11,475 bases of DNA from positions 1 to 11,475 of the forward strand of contig JBHLSH010000095.1 of the NCBI GenBank assembly GCA_048881705.1, read 5' to 3'. The stretch's first letter is position 1. Each line of letters opens with the position of its first letter. Source of the DNA: Candidatus Heimdallarchaeota archaeon. Its GTDB lineage: Archaea > Asgardarchaeota > Heimdallarchaeia > Hodarchaeales > Hodarchaeaceae. The notes under the pieces are model-generated. The model did no database searches. It saw nothing but the letters and a program-made list of their open reading frames with translations, and was not told the DNA's origin. The position numbers and the translations under genes were made by a program. Positions 1 to 6,589 of the stretch are shown here, one piece after another.

Positions 1-2
1 GT

Positions 3-89
3 AGTGTGACGATTCCCATCGTTCTCCATGCGGATACAGTTAAATTAATTCAACCCAGTGAAGAAGAAGAAGGAGAGTTGAGTCTCTAG
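3..89 (+). CDS. spt5: Transcription elongation factor Spt5/NusG, C-terminal fragment (gene starts before the window)
   Basis: Not in the ORF track. Frame 3 reads SVTIPIVLHADTVKLIQPSEEEEGELSL* (TAG 87-89). The xIPIxxHADxVKLI stretch matches the end of the archaeal Spt5 KOW domain, and spt5 normally lies next to the L11/L1/L10 cluster. Confidence 0.8.
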   Translation, partial: SVTIPIVLHADTVKLIQPSEEEEGELSL

Positions 90-98
90 TTTTTTTTT
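90..98 (+). terminator. Oligo-T tract (T9), candidate archaeal intrinsic terminator
   Basis: Nine T's directly follow the spt5 stop codon. Oligo-U tracts are established archaeal termination signals. Confidence 0.45.
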
Positions 99-178
99 CC
101 TTAGAGCTGCCGATTTGTGCGAACTCTAGGTAACCGTAAAAAACCTGAAAAAAAAAAGCCGAGAATTGGGTAGATGGC

Positions 179-1090
179 ATGGCAACGAGTGTCGCTGAAT
201 TTTCATCAGGCATGGCAAGAAAACAGGAACAAGTCACGACGATTAGGGACTTGATCTCTCGGAACGCAAACATTGCGATTGCAAATCTGAGTGGTATCTC
301 TTCCAAGGCACTACAAGGAATTAGGAGATCATTGAGATCAGGTGATGTTACTGCCACCATTAAAATCGCAAAAAATACGTTGAAATCCCTAGCTTTCGAG
401 GAATTGGCCAAGGAGACAGGTAACAAGGATCTCACCAAACTCGTCCCTTATATTAGAGGGTCCTGTGCCCTAGTTTTCTTTAGTACTAATCCATTCAAAA
501 TGCAGAAATTTCTCGATCAGAATCGAGTTCCAGCCCCAGCAAAGGCAGGCCAAATTTCTTCGGTGGATGTTTATGTACCAGAAGGGGCAACCAATCTGGA
601 GCCAGGACCGATTATAAGTGAACTTGGAGCAGTTGGATTACCAACAAGAATAGAGCGCGGTAAAATAAAAATCACGAAAACGACAAAAGTATTGTCCGTT
701 GGAGAAGCAGTAACAGAAACGCTGGCTGCAGTACTGACTCGGCTTGGAATCCAACCATTCAAAGTGGGCCTAGAGCTTGGTGCCGTCTTAGAAGACGGAG
801 AACTCATTGATGGAGTAATCCTCAAGGTCGATCGGGAGAAGGTAGTGGCAGATCTACAAAGAGCCTATGCAGATGCCATTGCATTGGCCGTTCATCCTGA
901 AGTGGTCTATTATGCTGAGATTACAATTGGTTTACTTATGAGAAAAGCAGTTATGCACGCCCTTACGCTCTCATTGGCTACGGGGTATGTGACAGACAAG
1001 ACAACAAAACCTCTCCTAACTAAGTCACGTAGTCAAGCGTTACTGCTACAAGACGCGATTAAAAAGAAGAATCCTGAAATTAAATTTTAG
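179..1090 (+). CDS. rplP0: 50S ribosomal protein uL10 (archaeal P0), lacking the acidic C-terminal tail
   Basis: 303 aa with IKIAKNTL, GSCALVFFSTNPF, PAPAKAGQISSVDVYVPEGATNLEPGPIISELGAVGLPTRIERGKI (domain II insertion) and repeated stalk helices (LQRAYADAIALAV, LMRKAVMHALTLSLATGYVT). Alternative ATG at 212 (MARKQEQV). Confidence 0.95.
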   Translation: MATSVAEFSSGMARKQEQVTTIRDLISRNANIAIANLSGISSKALQGIRRSLRSGDVTATIKIAKNTLKSLAFEELAKETGNKDLTKLVPYIRGSCALVFFSTNPFKMQKFLDQNRVPAPAKAGQISSVDVYVPEGATNLEPGPIISELGAVGLPTRIERGKIKITKTTKVLSVGEAVTETLAAVLTRLGIQPFKVGLELGAVLEDGELIDGVILKVDREKVVADLQRAYADAIALAVHPEVVYYAEITIGLLMRKAVMHALTLSLATGYVTDKTTKPLLTKSRSQALLLQDAIKKKNPEIKF

Positions 1091-1147
1091 GTGTGAATCC
1101 AGCCTTAATGTTTGTATTAATACGGGCAGTACTCATTTTCTCTATGT

Positions 1148-2074
1148 TTACACCCTTAAAAGTTGCGTAACATAATCTTTCGGATCAAACGGTCGTAAGT
1201 CATCATATTTTTGCCCAGTTCCAATGAACAAAACGGGGATACCTCCCGTTGCGTGTGTAATTGATATTAAAGCTCCGCCACGGGCATCGGCATCCATTTT
1301 TGCAAGAATTACTCCACTGAGGGGGATGTGTTTATTGAAATCTATGGCCTGATTTGTTGCATCGTTACCAGCAAGGGCATCAACTACAAGGATCGTAAAA
1401 TCAGGGTTTGCAACACGATGAATTTTTTTCATTTCTTCCATCAGATCACGATTCACAGCCATTCGACCAGATGTATCAATGATGACCACATCAGCGTATT
1501 TTGCCTTAGCATGAGCGATGGCATCATATGCCACCGCTGCTGAGTCCCCACCGTATTTTCCTGCGATCATTCTGACTCCAACTTTGTCGGCATGAATCTT
1601 AAGTTGTTCTTGGGCACCAGAGCGGAAGGTATCACTTCCTGCTAGCACGACTCGTAAATCCCTTTTTTTCAAGAGATAAGCAAGTTTCGCAATCGTAGTC
1701 GTTTTTCCCGTCCCGTTAATTCCCAGAAAGAGGATAACAGTTGGATTAATGTGTTCTTCTAGCTTTTTTGTCTCTTGATGATGGGTTAAAATCTCAAAAA
1801 GGTCTATTGGGGTTTTGGAGGTAACAATATCCACCAAAATGGGGTTTGCTGCATCCAGAATCAATTTCGAAAGATCACTAAATCGTTTCGCACGTGTCCC
1901 TTGCAAAGACGCAGTAAGTTTTTTGGAGATTTGTTTGGCAACCGCTAAAGAAACGTCATTAGAGATGAGAAGTTGTTCAAATTCTCTAATAGCGTTTCGT
2001 ATGTTCTTTTCAGTGATTTCACGGGTCGAAATCCTTGTTAAAAATGCATTTAACCCCGATTTCAGCATAGACAT
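1148..2074 (-). CDS. ftsY: SRP receptor GTPase FtsY (NG domain only)
   Basis: N-domain LLISNDVSLAVA, G1 GINGTGKTTTIAKLA, DTFRSGAQEQL, G3 DTSGR, DALAGND, G4 AKMDADARGG, closing motif GTGQKYDDLRPF. No M domain. Canonical position after pfdA. Confidence 0.96.
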   Translation of the reverse strand: MSMLKSGLNAFLTRISTREITEKNIRNAIREFEQLLISNDVSLAVAKQISKKLTASLQGTRAKRFSDLSKLILDAANPILVDIVTSKTPIDLFEILTHHQETKKLEEHINPTVILFLGINGTGKTTTIAKLAYLLKKRDLRVVLAGSDTFRSGAQEQLKIHADKVGVRMIAGKYGGDSAAVAYDAIAHAKAKYADVVIIDTSGRMAVNRDLMEEMKKIHRVANPDFTILVVDALAGNDATNQAIDFNKHIPLSGVILAKMDADARGGALISITHATGGIPVLFIGTGQKYDDLRPFDPKDYVTQLLRV

Positions 2075-2104
2075 GGGAATTATGCAACCAAGAATATCTC
2101 TGTC

Positions 2105-2548
2105 TCACATCGCTATCTGATACTTTTGTGCAAGCTGAATTAGCTCTTGTCTGCGTCCCTCAAGTGCTTGTGCGAGCTGAATATAATTGTTTTGGAGTTG
2201 TTTTACGCTTTGCTCCAAACTAGTTACTTGGTTTCTGTTTTTTTCCTCGGAAAGATCTCGGGAGATCTGAAGATTGATACCAGAGCCTATTGAGACAAAA
2301 GCCGTGTCAGGATCCTTTACGGTACAAAGAATAAGATTAGATCCTCCAATTGGGACCAGTATTTCACCTCCGGGTTTTACCTGCCTAAGTTCTTCTTGGG
2401 TTTTGATCGCATCATTGATGGAATCTATGGCCCTTGCTGTAAGATTGAGCTGCTGTTCGATCGCGGAGAGCTGAAGCTGTACTTGGTCAATTTCATATTG
2501 TAATGTTCGAATTTTTGTAATAACTTCATTGGTGATTTCATTGGACAT
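2105..2548 (-). CDS. pfdA: Prefoldin alpha subunit
   Basis: Two coiled coils flank a beta-hairpin core EILVPIGGSNLILCTVKDPDTAFVSIGSGINL. Start moved from the track's TTG (2566, inside the LX gene) to ATG 2548, 5 nt after the LX stop. Confidence 0.93.
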   Translation of the reverse strand: MSNEITNEVITKIRTLQYEIDQVQLQLSAIEQQLNLTARAIDSINDAIKTQEELRQVKPGGEILVPIGGSNLILCTVKDPDTAFVSIGSGINLQISRDLSEEKNRNQVTSLEQSVKQLQNNYIQLAQALEGRRQELIQLAQKYQIAM

Positions 2549-2552
2549 AGGA

Positions 2553-2816
2553 TTACTCTCTCCCAAAAGGAATTTTGAAGTCAGCAGAGATTAGTTGTTT
2601 AATCATTGGGTCTTGAACGTCATCAGGGGAAATTTCCTGAATCGAAGAAACTCGAATTTGATTCCTCTTCAGCCGATTTCGACTACCTAAATCTTGCATT
2701 AATTTTTCAATTGCGTTTTCTTCCTTGATCTCGCATAACTCCTTGGAAAAGGCAGTAACTTTGTTTCGTTGCTTGAACTCCCCCTTAATTCGAAAGATCT
2801 TTACATCTTGTTTCAT
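2553..2816 (-). CDS. rpl18a: 50S ribosomal protein eL20 (LX / L18Ae)
   Basis: 87 aa: KIFRIKGEF...FSKE...EENAIEKLMQDLGSRNRLKRNQIRVSSIQEI. Canonical place between aIF6 and pfdA. Confidence 0.93.
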   Translation of the reverse strand: MKQDVKIFRIKGEFKQRNKVTAFSKELCEIKEENAIEKLMQDLGSRNRLKRNQIRVSSIQEISPDDVQDPMIKQLISADFKIPFGRE

Positions 2817-2850
2817 CTTGTTGAACCTTCCTAGTAAGTATTTTTACAAT

Positions 2851-3504
2851 TTAGGGTGTGAATACTCGGGTAAACTCCATGAGTTCTATACCAGTCGTTT
2901 CCCGTCCTATAAACATCCCTTTTGAATTTCCAAAAGTGCCCGACGCCACAAATTCGGAACCTTTATTAACACTGCCAATTCCTACTTCTTTTAATTTGAG
3001 AATGGCCTTTATTTCAGCTATCTCATCCTTTTTTGATAACGGTGAAAATAAACCACCGTAATTATTTACGTACGCTAGGCTACCCACCAAATCTGAGTTT
3101 GCGAGAGTTTTAGGTTCGATAGGTACATCCAATGTATCAGAGATTCCTTTTCGAATCTCATTAGGGATAATTGGCGAGATAATACCTCCTTGATCGTTCA
3201 CGAGAACCACGTTTCCAAAGGCAAAGAATTCAGGGGCCTGGTAGATGGGTAATTGGGTATTCTTAAGCTGGCCTAGTACCTCTGCGGATATAACCTTTGA
3301 TACAACTAATCCATACGAATTTCCTGCTACCAAACTTCCAAGGATGGTATCTGATACAAGGAATACATCGGCCTGAAGGCGCAGTTTCATGAGATCGATA
3401 AGTTTGGGAGGAGAAGTAATGGGACCAAAGGCATAGGCTTCTGCAGCGAACAAGGGTACACCGATATGCTGACTACCTAAGAAGTCTATAAGTTCGATCT
3501 CCAT
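2851..3504 (-). CDS. eif6: Translation initiation factor 6 (aIF6)
   Basis: Pentein-type repeats: GSLVAGNSYG, FGNVVLVNDQGGIISP, LVGSLAYVNNYG, GSVNKGSEFVASG, GRETTGIEL. GGAGG SD at 3513-3517, 8 nt before the ATG. Canonical L31e-eIF6-LX synteny. Confidence 0.95.
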   Translation of the reverse strand: MEIELIDFLGSQHIGVPLFAAEAYAFGPITSPPKLIDLMKLRLQADVFLVSDTILGSLVAGNSYGLVVSKVISAEVLGQLKNTQLPIYQAPEFFAFGNVVLVNDQGGIISPIIPNEIRKGISDTLDVPIEPKTLANSDLVGSLAYVNNYGGLFSPLSKKDEIAEIKAILKLKEVGIGSVNKGSEFVASGTFGNSKGMFIGRETTGIELMEFTRVFTP

Positions 3505-3583
3505 AGATTAGGCCTCCGCTTCAGTAAATTTATGTTATGAGTATATTGTTAAGGAAAAGTCTTGCCGTGAAGGAGATGATAGA

Positions 3584-3886
3584 TTATTCCAAAAACACAG
3601 TAACTCTATCATCTTCTGTTTTTACAGCCCGAATACGGATTTTTCGGGGTGGGTGTTGAATGCCGCGAGCCCACATAAATGCATTAACCACAGGATCTAT
3701 GCTGAGGTCATCATCACTGCATCGCATATGACGTTTGATAAAATCCTTGAGATGACGAACAGCTCGAGGAGTTCGTTGGGGACGCGGGATATTTCTTCCA
3801 TAGATCTTCTTTCCAAAAGGAATCGTATAGATTCGTTCTTCAACAATAGTCTCTGGGGATTCGCTCAACGAAATATCCTTCCTCAT
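3584..3886 (-). CDS. rpl31e: 50S ribosomal protein eL31
   Basis: EERIYTIP...[17 protein letters not shown]...[27 protein letters not shown]. The ATG overlaps the eL39 stop (ATGA). A TTG at 3868 preceded by GGAAGGA (giving [11 protein letters not shown]...) is an equally plausible start. Confidence 0.95.
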   Translation of the reverse strand: MRKDISLSESPETIVEERIYTIPFGKKIYGRNIPRPQRTPRAVRHLKDFIKRHMRCSDDDLSIDPVVNAFMWARGIQHPPRKIRIRAVKTEDDRVTVFLE

Positions 3887-4038
3887 GGCTTAATTTTGGT
3901 TCTACGCCAATGTCTTCTCTTAGGATGGCTAGTGACGGTACGATTTGTCTTGAGAATGACCCATGTCGGTACTGTTTGATTCTCAGTATATTTTTTCGCA
4001 AGACGTAGTTTTTTCGCAGAAGGTTTGTTGCGTGCCAG
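3883..4038 (-). CDS. rpl39e: 50S ribosomal protein eL39 (51 aa), probable CTG start
   Basis: Not in the ORF track. Translates as (M)[50 protein letters not shown], matching the eL39 pattern (MARNKP...VPxWVxxKT...HPKRRHWRR). Stop TGA 3885-3883. An in-frame GTG at 4047 is the alternative start. Confidence 0.95.
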   Translation of the reverse strand: MARNKPSAKKLRLAKKYTENQTVPTWVILKTNRTVTSHPKRRHWRRTKIKP

Positions 4039-4042
4039 ATCT

Positions 4043-4049
4043 ATCACCT
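4043..4049 (-). promoter_or_regulatory. Shine-Dalgarno AGGTGAT overlapping the uL1 stop codon
   Basis: Minus strand reads TAGGTGAT AGAT CTG GCA CGC. Complementary to the conserved archaeal 16S 3' end (AUCACCU), 4 nt before the CTG of eL39. Confidence 0.7.
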
Positions 4050-4716
4050 AGTTTTTTGCAAGTTTTACTGTTGGTCCCATAGTAGTCTTGATACTCACTG
4101 ATTTGACTTGAACCATTCCTTTCGGGAGTCTTCCAGAAATAGCTTGGATAATTGTAGACGCGTTCTCTGCTAAATCCTTGTCTGGTTGACCAGCTTTTCC
4201 AATTGGGGCATTAATTACGGGGCTGGACTTTAATCTTAATTTGACTGTCCTGTCATACCGATTAACTAATTGCTGTAGGTCGGTTCTAGGGGGGATAGGT
4301 TTTGGCATTTTACCTCTAGGACCTAGTACTTTTCCCAAGAATCGAGCCACGACCGCCATCAATTGAGGTTGTGCCAGGAAGAATGCAAATTCGTTTGCTA
4401 ATTTTTTTGCAGATTTAGGTTCCTTACTGAGCTGTTCGATTTCCTCACGACCAATGGTTCGAAGGCCTAGATCGTTGGTTCGGACAGCTAGATCTCCTTC
4501 TGCAAAAACAGCAACCTTTGGTGATTTTGAGGCCGCACCCAGATCGTTTGGCACTATAGTTTCCAAATTAATTCTGTTGGAAGGGTTTTTCAAATCTAAA
4601 TCCCGCAAGCCAATGGATATTTCTACTGTTTCTTCGAAATTTCGTTTTCGTCTCTCTTGGCTCTTGGTTTTCGCTTGGGAAATAGCTTCTTCCAATCGAC
4701 TTGACGTGTAAGACAC
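4048..4716 (-). CDS. rpl1: 50S ribosomal protein uL1
   Basis: KRNFEETVEISIGLRDLDLK, VAVFAEGDLA, LGKVLGPRGKMPKP, LAENA, KTTMGPTVK. GTG start at 4716. Confidence 0.97.
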   Translation of the reverse strand: MSYTSSRLEEAISQAKTKSQERRKRNFEETVEISIGLRDLDLKNPSNRINLETIVPNDLGAASKSPKVAVFAEGDLAVRTNDLGLRTIGREEIEQLSKEPKSAKKLANEFAFFLAQPQLMAVVARFLGKVLGPRGKMPKPIPPRTDLQQLVNRYDRTVKLRLKSSPVINAPIGKAGQPDKDLAENASTIIQAISGRLPKGMVQVKSVSIKTTMGPTVKLAKN

Positions 4717-4880
4717 GATAAACCACTTAACTTGCGAATTACTACTGTTTGTGGTTGTTTTGACCTGGCTATTTTATTTTTTCAGTTCACGATTAGAAAT
4801 AAAGCCAGTTTATATTGTCAAGTCTAAATAAGTATAGGCATAAACAACATCATAATATCCTATATTTATGGTGAAACTCG
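4717..4880. promoter_or_regulatory. AT-rich divergent promoter region for rpl1 (-) and rpl11 (+)
   Basis: 164-bp spacer between head-to-head genes. TATA-like TTTATAT at 4809-4815, GGTGA SD at 4870-4874 six nt before the rpl11 ATG. Exact promoter elements are not certain. Confidence 0.6.
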
Positions 4881-5354
4881 ATGACAACGACAGTTGAAGC
4901 ACTTGTAGACGCGGGACAAGCAACTCCAGGCCCAGCATTAGGGGGGTCTCTTGGACCATTGGGTGTAAACGTCAATGAGGTCATTTCAGAAATAAACAAG
5001 AGAACACAACAATTCAAAGGTATGAAAGTCCCAGTTACAATTGAAGTGGATGATAATCGAAAATACACCATTACAGTAGGAATACCTCCGACGGCCTCAT
5101 TACTATTAGGAGAAGCAAAGGTCGATAAAGGTTCTGGTACCCCCAATACTGAAAAAGTTGGAAATTTAACGATGGATCAGGCTATTAAAATTGCTAGGAT
5201 GAAACAGGATACCATGTTAGCCATCGATTTGCGTAGTGCGGTTAAAGAGGTCATTGGCACTTGTGTCTCAATCGGACTCTCAGTAGACAATAAAGATCCA
5301 AAGGAAATGCTTTCGGATATCAATAAAGGGAATTATAACAAGTATTTTGATTAA
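4881..5354 (+). CDS. rpl11: 50S ribosomal protein uL11
   Basis: GQATPGPALGGSLGPLGVNV...EINKRTQQFKGMKVPVTI...VGIPPTASLL...KGSGTP...VGNLTMDQAIKIA...KEVIGTCVSIGLSVD. Confidence 0.97.
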   Translation: MTTTVEALVDAGQATPGPALGGSLGPLGVNVNEVISEINKRTQQFKGMKVPVTIEVDDNRKYTITVGIPPTASLLLGEAKVDKGSGTPNTEKVGNLTMDQAIKIARMKQDTMLAIDLRSAVKEVIGTCVSIGLSVDNKDPKEMLSDINKGNYNKYFD

Positions 5355-5356
5355 TC

Positions 5357-6589
5357 ATGGCTGGATCTTCGATTGAATCTCTTATCGGGATTCGAGGATT
5401 CTCAACCCCAACTATAATTGGCATGGGAGGAGTGATTAGGCAGCATTTTTCCGATTTTATAGTTCGAGAAATATTGCCTAATGGTTCCCCAATTTTTGAT
5501 GGATCAAAAATTGGATTTGGAGCTATTGGTGGACTATATGTTCATTGTCTTCTCCAAAAATCGGGATTAGATACCTTTACTGCCATTAGAAAGATCAGCA
5601 ATTGTCTGAAAGTTTCTGAAAGGGATTTTGGATATGCTGGATTAAAAGATGCGGAAGCAGTTACGTACCAAAGAATCTCCATTTGGAACATCGCGATTGA
5701 TCGTATGATGGCTATAGATTTACCTCAGATTAGGTTATTTAATCCAGTACGACAAAGATTTGCCGTTAAGATTGGGGATCTGGCAGGGAACCATTTCGAA
5801 ATAACCATACGAAAGATTCAGAGGAACTGGAATTCTCTTATGTGGGATGGATTCATAAGGTCCATTTCATCACGTGGTATATTGAATTATTTCATGGCCC
5901 AACGATTTGGATCACGCCGCCCTATACTTCATCTGATTGGACGTTTTCTGATTCAAAAGAGATATGCAGAGGTGATAAGTGCATATTTGGGATATACTAG
6001 TTTATTAGAGAATCCAAGAATTACGGAATTACGAAAGAAATGGTTACAGAATCGAAAAGAAGGCGAAGAGATAAGAGATAAGTTTATGTTCCCCAATTCA
6101 TATCATATCGAAAATATTATGCTCAGAGGTTTAAAGAGGAGGTTACCTGCAAGAATTATCATTGAAAACCTTCCCCACCCGTTTCTTCGATTAGCAATTT
6201 CCGCATACCAATCCTATCTCTACAATCTAGTTCTTAGCTATCTAAACAAATCTAATATCGTTGCGAAAAACACTCTTATTCCTTTGGTAGGTTATCAAAG
6301 TCCTAGACATAAACATTCATTCTCTGAACTAGTATGGAATACCATGAATGAGATTTTAGAGGATGAGGCAGTTGAATTTGATTGTTTTCGGCAAATAGAA
6401 TTACCATGGCTGCGTTCAAAAGGATCAAAACGCAAGGCAGTGGTATATCCAACCGATTTTAAACGATTCAAGTTAACTGGTTCAGCAATAAAGGTAACAT
6501 TTTCCCTTCCCAAAGGATCCTATGGAACAGCCGTTATGAGGGAATTATTGAAAACCCAAAGCGATCTTGAAATGGGTCATTCAGGGTAG
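5357..6589 (+). CDS. truD: tRNA pseudouridine(13) synthase TruD/Pus7 family
   Basis: SDFIVREI, GYAGLKD (catalytic Asp) AEAVTYQRIS, GDLAGNHFEITIR, NYFMAQRFG, SAYQSYLYN, FSLPKGSYGTAVMRE. Starts 2 nt after the rpl11 stop. Its 3' end overlaps the convergent gene by 13 nt. Confidence 0.93.
   Translation: MAGSSIESLIGIRGFSTPTIIGMGGVIRQHFSDFIVREILPNGSPIFDGSKIGFGAIGGLYVHCLLQKSGLDTFTAIRKISNCLKVSERDFGYAGLKDAEAVTYQRISIWNIAIDRMMAIDLPQIRLFNPVRQRFAVKIGDLAGNHFEITIRKIQRNWNSLMWDGFIRSISSRGILNYFMAQRFGSRRPILHLIGRFLIQKRYAEVISAYLGYTSLLENPRITELRKKWLQNRKEGEEIRDKFMFPNSYHIENIMLRGLKRRLPARIIIENLPHPFLRLAISAYQSYLYNLVLSYLNKSNIVAKNTLIPLVGYQSPRHKHSFSELVWNTMNEILEDEAVEFDCFRQIELPWLRSKGSKRKAVVYPTDFKRFKLTGSAIKVTFSLPKGSYGTAVMRELLKTQSDLEMGHSG

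Noticed and set aside
40-825. Minus-strand ORFs 40..438 and 571..825
   Set aside because: Antisense shadows of the well-supported uL10 gene with no recognisable motifs.
1114-1123. Perfect 10-bp palindrome GTATTAATAC in the convergent uL10/ftsY spacer
   Set aside because: Single AT-rich palindrome, not in a promoter position; expected occasionally in 11 kb.
1089-1170. AGGTG after the uL10 stop and a 20-codon ORF (ATG 1108, MFVLIRAVLIFSMFTPLKVA) where P1/L12 would normally lie
   Set aside because: SD-to-ATG spacing is about 14 nt, the peptide has no similarity to P1, and it overlaps the ftsY 3' end.
3571-3580. Anti-SD-like ATCATCTCCT (minus strand) just after the eL31 stop that might pair with the aIF6 GGAGG
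   Set aside because: Only about 5 bp of complementarity over a 55-nt distance; too weak to support.
1328-3979. Plus-strand ORFs 1328..1543, 1815..2120, 2274..2474, 2725..2925, 2858..3061 and 3653..3979
   Set aside because: All are antisense to confidently identified genes and lack motifs or SD support.
3883-4716. uL1 and eL39 are in the same frame separated by one TAG, allowing a read-through fusion
   Set aside because: TAGGTGAT is adequately explained as a stop overlapping an SD for translational coupling. No recoding signal seen and no known L1-L39e fusion.
4816-4821. Bacterial -35 hexamer TTGACA on the minus strand
   Set aside because: No good -10 element at 16-18 nt, and the genes are clearly archaeal.
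4454-5146. ORFs 4454..4711 (+) and 4850..5146 (-)
   Set aside because: Antisense shadows of rpl1 and rpl11.
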